A stretch of DNA of 64,000 nucleotides from a phage: the sequence record PX880102.1; one strand, given 5' to 3'. The stretch's first letter is position 1, and each line of letters starts with the position of its first letter. The notes under the pieces are model-generated. The model worked only from the letters and a program-made list of their open reading frames with translations. It made no database searches and was not told the origin of the DNA. Made by a program: the position numbers and the translations under genes. Shown piece by piece: positions 28,933 through 37,893 of this stretch.

Positions 28933-28952
28933 ATCCGTATCAGTTGATAGTT

Positions 28953-28984
28953 GTATAGTACCATAAAGCTTTATGCTTGTAAAC
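28953..28984 (-). promoter_or_regulatory. T4-type early promoter (leader copy of 2471..2513)
   Basis: GTTTAC and TGGTACTAT; downstream 43 nt identical to 2471..2513 including start region. Confidence 0.6.
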
Positions 28985-29009
28985 CGTTTTGTGAAAAAAT
29001 TTTGAAATA

Positions 29010-29032
29010 AAAAAGGGAGCCCGAAGGCTCCC
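29010..29032 (-). terminator. Intrinsic terminator downstream of nucleotidyltransferase gene
   Basis: GGGAGCC-UUCG-GGCTCCC followed by U-run on minus strand. Confidence 0.65.
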
Positions 29033-29034
29033 TA

Positions 29035-30048
29035 TCATTTATAATAACTTCGGTGGTTTTCAAGATAAACCCTCTCAAGGAAGTCATCCCAGAAACCCAT
29101 ATCTACTTTTTGCTGCATACCGTTCTTAGAAGCTTCAATGGATGCTGCTTCTACTTGATCGACCACATCTTCCAAAAACTCTTGAACTGTTTTAAACGGA
29201 TGTTTACCCAACTTCACGTCGAGAATAAATGGAGCATCTTGAAGTGGATAAATCAAGTCGCCAGTTTTATAAATTTCCAATAGTTGAAGTCCACCACGAC
29301 AAGCATGACTCAAAGCTTTCCAGTCAATGCCCTCATTCGCTTCAGCCTTACGAGCACGTTCGCCGTATTCAGCATCAAGTTTATTCAAAGATTGCTTAAG
29401 CTCAATAAGAGAAAGCGTTGTCTGATATTTACGACCCAACACTGTGTAAAACGTCTGTGGGCCTGTTTTCTCATGATTATGAAATACCCATTCACAGAAT
29501 TCGTTCTCTGGAAGACGATGCTTAATATCTTCAATCTTAGTTCGACGTTGCTTAATGGAACCGTCTTCTTGATAATCAACCCACTGATCAGGGATTTGAT
29601 TAACTACTTTCAATACATCACGTAATGCGGCCAAACGAGAACCCTTGACGCCGTATTTAGAAGCTTGCTTGCGAACATATCCTAAATAGGATTTCATGTT
29701 AGTCGTATAAAAACGAGAACGGTTGTCTTGAATAAACTTCCATACATCAGGCAAATCAGATTTAACTACTAGTTCCGGTGGAGTGTGGAGCATATCCAAT
29801 GCTACAGTTTCACCATCTGCTGCTAATTTAAAGAAATACTTAAGACTGTATAGTTCATGGTCAATATCATCTTTAGTGTTTTTAGATGATGTGTTGTTAG
29901 TGTTTTTACTCATATGCTCTTTAACATTTCCGATAAGAATATCACGAGCAGGAGGAACAAAGATTTCTTTAAAATCTACATCAGATTCTGGAGTAGAAGT
30001 TCCATAAAGATGACTACCAAAATAGCTTTTCATTACTGTTTTCATCAT
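29035..30048 (-). CDS. Pol-beta superfamily nucleotidyltransferase (nrdC.11 position)
   Basis: 337 aa; GS-x10-DVD motif (GSHLYGTSTPESDVDF); ATGA coupling to upstream gene. Confidence 0.55.
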   Translation of the reverse strand: MMKTVMKSYFGSHLYGTSTPESDVDFKEIFVPPARDILIGNVKEHMSKNTNNTSSKNTKDDIDHELYSLKYFFKLAADGETVALDMLHTPPELVVKSDLPDVWKFIQDNRSRFYTTNMKSYLGYVRKQASKYGVKGSRLAALRDVLKVVNQIPDQWVDYQEDGSIKQRRTKIEDIKHRLPENEFCEWVFHNHEKTGPQTFYTVLGRKYQTTLSLIELKQSLNKLDAEYGERARKAEANEGIDWKALSHACRGGLQLLEIYKTGDLIYPLQDAPFILDVKLGKHPFKTVQEFLEDVVDQVEAASIEASKNGMQQKVDMGFWDDFLERVYLENHRSYYK

Positions 30049-30506
30049 TCAGCCTTATATTCAATAACAGGACATACTTTAGCTTTACGAGCTTTTAAAA
30101 ATTCGACGATAATCGATTTCTTGGGTTGAATAGGAGGTAAACCTTTATACGCTCTATCAATATTTTCTACGTGTAAAGCATAATCCTTTTTCCATTTATA
30201 ATCTTTATATTTTTCATGCAAATGTGCAGGAATAACAAATGAACCGATAATAAGTAAAACAACCAAAAGCGCAAGTATAAATGCCGATGGAAGAAGAGTC
30301 CATAAACTACCGAAAATAAGCCAACGTTGTAGGCTTTCTGCACAAATAATTGTTAGCCCTACAAGTATAGCACATCCAAAAATAGAAACGAAAAATGTAG
30401 GAATGGCAATAGACCAAAAATATGCGCATAGTGTCTTAGGTCGTTGCCATTCATCGTTAAACAATTTGAATAATTTATAATGCCAAGAGTTTTCATTAAT
30501 AATCAT
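30045..30506 (-). CDS. Hypothetical multi-pass membrane protein
   Basis: ORF track 153 aa; three hydrophobic segments. Confidence 0.5.
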   Translation of the reverse strand: MIINENSWHYKLFKLFNDEWQRPKTLCAYFWSIAIPTFFVSIFGCAILVGLTIICAESLQRWLIFGSLWTLLPSAFILALLVVLLIIGSFVIPAHLHEKYKDYKWKKDYALHVENIDRAYKGLPPIQPKKSIIVEFLKARKAKVCPVIEYKAE

Positions 30507-30508
30507 AA

Positions 30509-31030
30509 TTATCCTTTCATTGAAGGCGTAACAGTTGTTAAATACTTAATCATAGCTTCAGCTTCTGATTTTGATAATGAAATTTCTCCATTGTTTTGAC
30601 GAATAGAAATAAAATCCGGATGACGGTCACCACCAGCTTTTAAAACACACATATAAGTATCAACTTCATCTTCAATATTTGAAATGATTGAAGCAGTTCC
30701 ACATGAATGCGGTTTTTGATAAATCAATGCAGCTTTTCTTCCGCCATTTGACTGTTCATAAACTTTTAATACATCAAACAAATCACTTCTTTTATCAATA
30801 GCTAAAATGTTATTTTCATCTTCAATGTTAAATCCTTCGGATACTTCATAAAGTGTCACCCATAAATCGCCAATATCAATAACAGCGTTCACTTTTCCAT
30901 GACTTTCAAGAGCATGACAAATTTTCTTGATTTCGTCATAACTCATTTTAATAATATCATCTCCTTGACTAAGAAAGATGTCATTTTTAAATTCAACACG
31001 AATTAAACCACTTCCACTTGAAATAAACAT
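30509..31030 (-). CDS. Hypothetical protein (paralogue of next gene by C-terminal motif)
   Basis: 173 aa; C-terminus AEAMIKYLTTVTPSM resembles DEAIALKTYLDSVIPTM of 31037..31594. Confidence 0.5.
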   Translation of the reverse strand: MFISSGSGLIRVEFKNDIFLSQGDDIIKMSYDEIKKICHALESHGKVNAVIDIGDLWVTLYEVSEGFNIEDENNILAIDKRSDLFDVLKVYEQSNGGRKAALIYQKPHSCGTASIISNIEDEVDTYMCVLKAGGDRHPDFISIRQNNGEISLSKSEAEAMIKYLTTVTPSMKG

Positions 31031-31036
31031 ATTTCC

Positions 31037-31594
31037 TCACTTTGAAATCATAGTTGGAATGACAGAATCAAGATAAGTCTTTAGCGCAATAGCTTCGTCT
31101 TTGGTAAATGTGACAATATGCGATCGAAAATCATCAATTTGACGAATAGTTAAGACATCACCATCTTCATAGCATTTTGATACGTTTAAAACAGTTTCAT
31201 CATTCTGATTGCAAGCGTTAGTAATAATAGCATTGCAATTTTTAAGCCATTTTAAACTATGTTTTCTTTCATTAGAATAATAAAAATATTTAATCTTAGC
31301 TATAAAACTATCCCAATGGATAACTGATAAACACATTGACTCACTGTTAATATTAAATCCTGGGCATGAAGAATAAAAATGAATTTTGTGCTCATCATTG
31401 ATGCTTACTATTTTATCAGTATAAGGATATTCAATTTGGGTTAAATGAATGATTTCACTAGGCGTAAAATATAGCATATCGTCTTCTTGCGTCAAACGAT
31501 ACATGTTATTTACTTTTTCTATAGCCAATTCGCCAAAAAGCGGACTAACTTCTAATACTAATCGTTTCATATTGATTCTCTTCGACTCACTCAC
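31037..31594 (-). CDS. Hypothetical protein
   Basis: ORF track 185 aa; early promoter upstream. Confidence 0.5.
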   Translation of the reverse strand: MSESKRINMKRLVLEVSPLFGELAIEKVNNMYRLTQEDDMLYFTPSEIIHLTQIEYPYTDKIVSINDEHKIHFYSSCPGFNINSESMCLSVIHWDSFIAKIKYFYYSNERKHSLKWLKNCNAIITNACNQNDETVLNVSKCYEDGDVLTIRQIDDFRSHIVTFTKDEAIALKTYLDSVIPTMISK

Positions 31595-31730
31595 AATTAC
31601 ATACTCCTTTGAATAATATCAATAATGTTGTTCACCAGATTATAAGTAAACATTGGGTAATTATATTGAATCATCACATACACAACAAACAAAACTTTCA
31701 TTCTCTTCTCCTTGGCAGTTGACAAGATTA

Positions 31731-31759
31731 CTATACCATAACCTTGCCAACTTGTAAAC
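31731..31759 (-). promoter_or_regulatory. T4-type early promoter
   Basis: GTTTAC and TGGTATAGT on minus strand. Confidence 0.5.
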
Positions 31760-31924
31760 TATTAAATGACGTTTTCAATAAAATTCTGAAGCTTTGTGTG
31801 AGCATCAACCATGATTTTCATTTCTTCCTTTGCGAAAGCTGTACCTCTTTCTCGAGCAGAATATTCATAGTCAGAAACTGCATTAGCATATTCTTCAATT
31901 AGCTTCATTAAAAACATCTGCTTT

Positions 31925-32119
31925 TCAGTTTTCATTATTCCACCTAATCATTTCAAGGTATTGAACTAACTTAGCTTTGGATTTATCCAAATCCTTTTTA
32001 GCTGCTTCTATACCATCGTATGAGTATCCTTCACAATGCTCAACTGCCAATTGGTATGAATCTATTTCAACATCACGTGCTAATTTAATGATTTTTTCAA
32101 ACTGTTCACGTGTTAGCAT
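31925..32119 (-). CDS. Hypothetical protein
   Basis: ORF track 64 aa. Confidence 0.4.
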   Translation of the reverse strand: MLTREQFEKIIKLARDVEIDSYQLAVEHCEGYSYDGIEAAKKDLDKSKAKLVQYLEMIRWNNEN

Positions 32120-32121
32120 AC

Positions 32122-32361
32122 TTAAACTCTCGTATTATGATCGATAATTTCATCAAGAAACATATCTAAAGCTTCTAAAGCATTATCCACTTTAGTTTCA
32201 AAGTCTTTAATGCCTTTATTCGAAATACCCGATGAATACCAAGCAAAGTCAATCAGCTCTTCATCTGCTTTGCGAATTGAAGCCACTAATTCCTTGATTT
32301 TATCCGCTTGCTCTACACTAATCATTATTCCACCACATATGAAAGAGAGAATATTGCACAC
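32122..32361 (-). CDS. Hypothetical protein
   Basis: ORF track 79 aa. Confidence 0.4.
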
Positions 32362-32558
32362 GCCATATGAGTTGCAACTTCATCACACATATTATAACGT
32401 TTCTTGAGAAGTTCTACAAGTTCTTCACTGGTAACTTCATCCATGTCGACGAAAAAATCACCATTAATGATGACGTAGATATTTCCTTCTTGATTAAGTG
32501 CTTCAATTTTCATGATGTTCTCCTCTTTATCCGATGGTTGTATAGTATCACAGCTCAA
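32325..32558 (-). CDS. Hypothetical protein
   Basis: ORF track 77 aa; early promoter upstream. Confidence 0.4.
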
Positions 32559-32572
32559 ATGGAAAGTAAACC
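32541..32572 (-). promoter_or_regulatory. T4-type early promoter
   Basis: GTTTAC and GTGATACTATAC on minus strand; hairpin immediately upstream. Confidence 0.55.
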
Positions 32573-32582
32573 GGTAAAATGA

Positions 32583-32605
32583 AAAAAGTCTCCCGAAGGA
32601 GACTA
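32583..32605 (-). terminator. Intrinsic terminator
   Basis: AGTCTCC-UUCG-GGAGACT followed by U-run on minus strand. Confidence 0.65.
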
Positions 32606-32608
32606 ACG

Positions 32609-32995
32609 TTATTCGAGGGAAAGAAGATATTTACTCTGATAAAACATTCCAGTAATATCATCTATCGTGCTTTGGATGGCTGGAGGCATTTCTTTATAAA
32701 TGCTGTTAGATTGGTCTAGTATGCGATCAATCATTTTAATTGTGTTGGTAGGAAGTTTACTGGCATCTGGAATAGAAGGCGTGTATTTTCTACCAGAATA
32801 CCCCAAATATTGCTCGCCAAATTTATCAATCAAATCTGGTAACTCAGAGAAAATAAAATCATATGCCTTGTGTCTAGCATAACTTTTAGTTTCAAAATGT
32901 GCAGAATGAAAATAAGCTTGTGCAGCCATTAATAAACCTAAGTATTCATCTGCCTTTGAAGGTTTTCCACTTTGTGAAAAGTCGCTGAATTTCAT
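32609..32995 (-). CDS. Hypothetical protein (rI.-1 position)
   Basis: ORF track 128 aa. Confidence 0.5.
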
Positions 32996-33285
32996 TCAGT
33001 CTCCAATTTAATGTTCATAATTCTAGCGTATGATTGTGCCATCTCCGCGCCTCGTTCTATACATTCAAAATCAGAAGAGCACGGGTCATTTTTATAGGTC
33101 GTTCTCATAAAACTATAGAACTGTTCAGATGATTCTACACTTTTATTTTCAAAAAGCATATAAACGTGTCTAATACCAGATTCCATAAATTTATCAAAAT
33201 GAGGATCGACATTCGCTTCAATCGATGGAGATAAAACAAATGACAATCCTAGCATGGCAAATAGTGCCGTTGCTTTTAAGGCCAT
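32992..33285 (-). CDS. rI: Lysis inhibition antiholin RI
   Basis: 97 aa with N-terminal signal-anchor; same length and position as T4 RI. Confidence 0.8.
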   Translation of the reverse strand: MALKATALFAMLGLSFVLSPSIEANVDPHFDKFMESGIRHVYMLFENKSVESSEQFYSFMRTTYKNDPCSSDFECIERGAEMAQSYARIMNIKLETE

Positions 33286-33297
33286 AAAGGCCTCCTA

Positions 33298-33510
33298 TCA
33301 TTTTTGTCCTGTATTTACTTTATGCCGATGCACGGCCTTAACTTTATCAAGGTATTTTTCAAAATTTCGCAATCTAGTATAGTCTGCCGGAGATTGGTTG
33401 AGTGATACTTCTCGACGCAAAGCTGAAATGATATTTCCAACTTCCCTACGAATTTCATCTAATTGAAGCACAGTAAGATTGCGAAGTTGCTTTTCAGTTA
33501 ATTGTAGCAT
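33298..33510 (-). CDS. Hypothetical protein (rI.1 position)
   Basis: ORF track 70 aa. Confidence 0.45.
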
Positions 33511-33552
33511 ATATACCCCTTTAGTTAGATAAACCTATTTATAACTTTTGCA

Positions 33553-34134
33553 CTAACCGAGCTTTTTAGTTAATTCATTCCAATGTTTTCTACACAAAGA
33601 AACATAAATTTCATCACCAATACAGATTTGATTACCTTCTTTAACTGGTGTTCCATCTTCCATTAATCGAGCTGTCATAATCGCTTTTTTACCACAATGA
33701 CAAACTGCCTTTAGTTCAATAAGTTTATCTGCAATCGCTAAAAGTTCTTTAGAACCTTCAAATAATTTTCCAGCGAAATCAGTCCTTAGCCCATAAGCCA
33801 TAACAGGAACATTATATGTATCAACAATTCGGCTTAATTGATGCACCTGTTCAGTTTTTAAAAACTGAGCTTCATCTACAAATACGCAATGAATATCTTT
33901 TTGTGCTTCAGCCCATTTATAGAACTCAAAAATATCCATATCATCCGTAATAATATTCGCTTCCTGCTTAATTCCAATACGAGAAACGACTTCACAGACA
34001 GAATCGCGAGTATCAATAGCAGGCTTAAGAACTAATACACTCATTCCACGTTCTTTATAATTATGTGCAGCAGTCAAAAGAGAAGCAGATTTTCCAGCAT
34101 TCATTGCTGCATAAGTAAAAATTAAACTCGCCAT
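33553..34134 (-). CDS. tk: Thymidine kinase
   Basis: 193 aa; P-loop GKSASLL; C-terminal Zn cysteines; same length as T4 Tk. Confidence 0.92.
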   Translation of the reverse strand: MASLIFTYAAMNAGKSASLLTAAHNYKERGMSVLVLKPAIDTRDSVCEVVSRIGIKQEANIITDDMDIFEFYKWAEAQKDIHCVFVDEAQFLKTEQVHQLSRIVDTYNVPVMAYGLRTDFAGKLFEGSKELLAIADKLIELKAVCHCGKKAIMTARLMEDGTPVKEGNQICIGDEIYVSLCRKHWNELTKKLG

Positions 34135-34143
34135 ATCACCTTC

Positions 34144-34329
34144 TTAAAGCGTATTCACATAAGCTATTAATTCGTTTTCTTTCTTATCAAACCGATCAGC
34201 AAATTCTTCTTGCTGTTCGGGAGATAGCGGGCCGTATTCATCATAAAAGGTGTTTGCTTCTGTATGCTCATCTAGAAGTTCATGGATAAGCTCAAACAAT
34301 TTATCTTTTTGTTCTTTACTCAGACTCAT
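34144..34329 (-). CDS. Hypothetical acidic protein (tk.1 position)
   Basis: ORF track 61 aa. Confidence 0.45.
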   Translation of the reverse strand: MSLSKEQKDKLFELIHELLDEHTEANTFYDEYGPLSPEQQEEFADRFDKKENELIAYVNTL

Positions 34330-34495
34330 ATATTAATTTCCAGGAGTTTTAAAATAATTCGCTTTTGCTTAAATATTTCCATAGTTAAATGACCAGTATC
34401 TTTTTGACCGATTCCAATGGCAAAACCTTTATTGACAGCGAGTTCAATTAAATTATCAAGCTCACGTAACACTTCATATTGTAACTCAGAACTAT

Positions 34496-34723
34496 TCATT
34501 TTGGTTTACCTTCTTTAACGAAATCAGGATAAGGATAAAATCCTGAATAAAATCCTTCACCTTTATGATTGATGCATCCTTTATTAGAACAATAGCACCA
34601 ATAATCGAAATCACAAGCCATTTCATCATTACATAAAGCAAAAACAACTGGCCATTCACACTTTTCGCAGTGGGCATTTTTAAGAATACTAGTTTGGCTC
34701 ATAACCATGTAACCTTTAAGCAA
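34496..34723 (-). CDS. Hypothetical Cys-rich protein
   Basis: ORF track 75 aa. Confidence 0.4.
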   Translation of the reverse strand: MLKGYMVMSQTSILKNAHCEKCEWPVVFALCNDEMACDFDYWCYCSNKGCINHKGEGFYSGFYPYPDFVKEGKPK

Positions 34724-34911
34724 TATTCTTCTACATGTTGTTTACGACCTTTCTTATCAATAAAGGTATATTCAACGAATGTTCCAATATAGTCTTTATC
34801 TACATCATGTGGGCTATTAATTGGGCATTTAGTACGGCAAATGCGTTCCCATTGACGAATAATTTCCACTTTGTTTTTAGGATCAAACGGATGAGGGTAA
34901 TGTACTTTCAT
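34699..34911 (-). CDS. Hypothetical protein
   Basis: ORF track 70 aa. Confidence 0.4.
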   Translation of the reverse strand: MKVHYPHPFDPKNKVEIIRQWERICRTKCPINSPHDVDKDYIGTFVEYTFIDKKGRKQHVEEYCLKVTWL

Positions 34912-35362
34912 AATCCACCACTATTAAATCAATATCAGGAGTAAACATGTCAATTAATTTAGAAACCTTATCCCAATCACCACCGGCAATACCGCAACCG
35001 ATGCGTGGAATGTAAATTACTGGTTTAAACAAAAGGGTTTCTGCCTGTAGATTTAATTCTATCATACAGTTTACTAAAGCACCATAATCAAGATTAGGAC
35101 CCGGTTCGTATTGCGTATACAAATTATAGCACATACTAAATCCTGTAGGATTATGTTTAAAAACAATAGACATATCGCCTAATTTATCACGAGAACCGTA
35201 CTCGGTAGTGGTTTTATCTATTTCTAAAATTTTGGGATAGGCTCTTGCTAATTGACCTGCTACGCCAGAGCCCATTGTGTGGAAGCAATTGCACCCGTGC
35301 GCAATAATATTACCTTGAAGAAATAGGGCGACAATATCGCCCTTGATATATTTTACAATCAT
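34883..35362 (-). CDS. Macro-domain-like protein (putative ADP-ribose binding or hydrolase)
   Basis: 159 aa; pattern GDIV...IAHGCNC...GSGVAG...IYIPRIGCGIAGGDW parallels macro-domain motifs; not verified by search. Confidence 0.45.
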   Translation of the reverse strand: MIVKYIKGDIVALFLQGNIIAHGCNCFHTMGSGVAGQLARAYPKILEIDKTTTEYGSRDKLGDMSIVFKHNPTGFSMCYNLYTQYEPGPNLDYGALVNCMIELNLQAETLLFKPVIYIPRIGCGIAGGDWDKVSKLIDMFTPDIDLIVVDYESTLPSSV

Positions 35363-35700
35363 CTAGTACTCAATCCTCGATTATAAGAATCTACTAAACG
35401 GTCAACCATTGAATGACAAGCGGCTTTATCTTTCTCCTCCGCAACTGAACATTCTAAGGTATTCCACTTTTTAGCATATCGTTTTAACAATGTATCATTT
35501 TTGTATCTGCTTGATTTATCTCTTTCTCCGTCTTTATATGCATATATTAATTTCTGCGCAAATTCAGCTTGGCATGCTTTATTTTTCCCACAATAATCCG
35601 CGGCAGTACGGTTTACATACTCTCTAATTTCAGTATATGATGTATCTGCTAACGCAGAAAATGAAATTAATCCTATACATAAAACCAAAATTTTAGTCAT
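35359..35700 (-). CDS. Hypothetical secreted protein (signal peptide)
   Basis: ORF track 113 aa; N-terminal MTKILVLCIGLISFSALA. Confidence 0.5.
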   Translation of the reverse strand: MTKILVLCIGLISFSALADTSYTEIREYVNRTAADYCGKNKACQAEFAQKLIYAYKDGERDKSSRYKNDTLLKRYAKKWNTLECSVAEEKDKAACHSMVDRLVDSYNRGLSTR

Positions 35701-36238
35701 TTACTATTTCCAAAAGTTTATTATTTTTAAGGTAATTAGCCTTTTCTAGGACTTCAGAAGCATATTTAGAACCTGCTTTAACATTCCATCCCGAATTATA
35801 AGAGGATATTGCTTTTCTTATATCGCCCTTATGTATATTTAACCAATAAGAAAGTTCAATGTACGCCCAGGAAGCTGAATTGGATCGTTTATTCAACATT
35901 CTTTTTATTTCAGCATCGGTCATATTATAACCAAGTTCCTTAACTCTTGCTCGCATAGTAGGCAAATAATTTTGGAACATTCCATAAGCGTGATGCTTTG
36001 GTTTAGATTTTAAATTAACTCCGCCAGAGCTTTCTTGCCATAAAATAGCAGCCATTATATGACCTAATCCGCTCTTGTGGATATTTTTATGTGTTTTATA
36101 TTTTCCATCCTTAGAAAATTGTTCCCCGAATTGATACGCGTAACGCATGTTATCGAGTTGGACATTACTGAAAGTATGCTCGGAGCTATGTGCCATCATT
36201 GAAATGGCCAATAAACCAGCGAGTAGTGCTTTTCTCAT
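35693..36238 (-). CDS. Secreted lytic transglycosylase-like protein (SLT domain)
   Basis: 181 aa; signal peptide; ES motif in WQESSGG, then YGMFQ and SYNSG, resembling SLT family motifs. Confidence 0.5.
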   Translation of the reverse strand: MRKALLAGLLAISMMAHSSEHTFSNVQLDNMRYAYQFGEQFSKDGKYKTHKNIHKSGLGHIMAAILWQESSGGVNLKSKPKHHAYGMFQNYLPTMRARVKELGYNMTDAEIKRMLNKRSNSASWAYIELSYWLNIHKGDIRKAISSYNSGWNVKAGSKYASEVLEKANYLKNNKLLEIVND

Positions 36239-36245
36239 GCTTACC

Positions 36246-36707
36246 TCATTGAGTTTTAATTACTGATTTAGAAGCCTTTCCTGGTAAACGACGACTGTTG
36301 ATAATTGCCATCCTACATTGAAGTGACGGGTCTTTGAACTTCGCATTAGGTTTACAAACTGTAAATCCAAGCCAAAGATTTCCATCTGTGATTTCTAAAC
36401 GCCCAGGACGATATTCAACCCCATCAATAAAATCCTCGTCAATATCAGGACGCGGAGGCATACTCAGGAATTCATTAACTTCTAAAACATGGTCTTTTAT
36501 TTTGTGGAATAATTCAAAAACATATGTCTCATCAATCTCCCGTTGAATTGCACGATCAAGAAGATGCTGAGAATATTTTAGATGAAACGATGAGACCCCT
36601 GCTGCTTTTGATGCCTCACGAATCTCATTGTTAATTTGACGAAACTCCGACTCAAAGTGACGACGAAGCTTATTTCGACGGATAAAAACTTCTGTGTTGA
36701 TAGTCAT
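36246..36707 (-). CDS. regB: Endoribonuclease RegB
   Basis: 153 aa as in T4; position; early promoter immediately upstream. Confidence 0.8.
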   Translation of the reverse strand: MTINTEVFIRRNKLRRHFESEFRQINNEIREASKAAGVSSFHLKYSQHLLDRAIQREIDETYVFELFHKIKDHVLEVNEFLSMPPRPDIDEDFIDGVEYRPGRLEITDGNLWLGFTVCKPNAKFKDPSLQCRMAIINSRRLPGKASKSVIKTQ

Positions 36708-36734
36708 GTTATTCTCCTCTTAACTGATAGAAAA

Positions 36735-36764
36735 ATTATACCACAGTCAAGAGGAAAAGTAAAC
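36735..36764 (-). promoter_or_regulatory. T4-type early promoter upstream of regB
   Basis: GTTTAC and GTGGTATAAT on minus strand. Confidence 0.6.
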
Positions 36765-36766
36765 AA

Positions 36767-37045
36767 TTATTCTTTAAATCTAATCAATTTATTCATAGAC
36801 TTCGAAACTTCTGCACGGACCTCATGTAGGTTTTTAAGCTGTTCAAGACGTTGCTCATAGTAAGCAATTTCATCTTCTTCAAGACAGTCCTGTGAATCTT
36901 CTTTAAGATAACGCGCATAGTCCTGGAAAGCTTTACGGACTACTTCTTGGAAGTCATCAAGACTTTGAATTTTCTTAGGAGCAACAGATACACGACGAGG
37001 GGCAGTATAATACTCATAACCAAACCCTGCGCTTAATTGAGCCAT
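36767..37045 (-). CDS. Hypothetical small protein (vs.3/vs.4 position)
   Basis: Start placed at MAQLSAGF to avoid overlap. Confidence 0.4.
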   Translation of the reverse strand: MAQLSAGFGYEYYTAPRRVSVAPKKIQSLDDFQEVVRKAFQDYARYLKEDSQDCLEEDEIAYYEQRLEQLKNLHEVRAEVSKSMNKLIRFKE

Positions 37046-37347
37046 TAATATTTTTCCTCTGGTTGGAACACAGCACGACAAGCCCACATACTGGCTTCTT
37101 TGAGTTTCGTTTTAGCAATAGTTAACTGATCGAGGCTTTCAGCATAATTCTTCGCGAATTCACAGTCTTCACAATTATCTAGTGCTTCCCAAAATTCATC
37201 GTATAAAGCGTCAAAGATAAGTCCTAAACGAACTTCAGCATCTTTGATAGCATTCACTTTACCAATTTTCTCTTCAGTATGTGGCTTATAACCTTTAATA
37301 TCTTCAATCATATTTGACTTCCTCACCAGTACATAAATCATATTCAA
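37045..37347 (-). CDS. Hypothetical small acidic protein (vs.4/vs.5 position)
   Basis: ORF track 100 aa. Confidence 0.45.
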   Translation of the reverse strand: MNMIYVLVRKSNMIEDIKGYKPHTEEKIGKVNAIKDAEVRLGLIFDALYDEFWEALDNCEDCEFAKNYAESLDQLTIAKTKLKEASMWACRAVFQPEEKY

Positions 37348-37525
37348 CTAAACGAATAGGTTCATGAATGCCATATCCTTGAACAGAAATTTCTGTCGTA
37401 GGATAAATTCCATCAATATCACCCATGGTCCACGCTTCATTAAATTGCTGTTCGCCTGAATTACTAAACCATTCGGCGAAAGCATTTAACACATCTTTAG
37501 AACCTTCAATAATTATCTTTGCCAT
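37304..37525 (-). CDS. Hypothetical protein
   Basis: ORF track 73 aa. Confidence 0.4.
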   Translation of the reverse strand: MAKIIIEGSKDVLNAFAEWFSNSGEQQFNEAWTMGDIDGIYPTTEISVQGYGIHEPIRLVEYDLCTGEEVKYD

Positions 37526-37887
37526 TACAAGCTCTCAGTAAAGGTACGAGCGATAACGTCGCGCTGCTGTTCCGGAGTCAGAGAGTTAAAGCGAACTGCA
37601 TAACCGGATACACGGATGGTCAGCTGCGGATATTTTTCCGGATGCTTAACTGCATCTTCAAGAGTTTCACGACGCAGAACGTTAACGTTCAGGTGTTGAC
37701 CACCTTCAATTTTAACTGTAGGTTGTTGCTCAATTTCAATTTCACGGGCATGCAAACCGTAGAAAATTTCTGGGTCTACAAAAGAGTCCTCTTTAAAGGT
37801 TTTAGAGACAATAATTCGTGCTTGAATACCATCTTCAAAATAAATAGTACCTTTATGTGTGCCTTCAAGAATTTGATATGCTTTCAT
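37525..37887 (-). CDS. Autonomous glycyl radical cofactor (GrcA/YfiD-like)
   Basis: 120 aa; C-terminal [25 protein letters not shown] glycyl-radical signature. Confidence 0.8.
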   Translation of the reverse strand: MKAYQILEGTHKGTIYFEDGIQARIIVSKTFKEDSFVDPEIFYGLHAREIEIEQQPTVKIEGGQHLNVNVLRRETLEDAVKHPEKYPQLTIRVSGYAVRFNSLTPEQQRDVIARTFTESL

Positions 37888-37893
37888 ATAACC

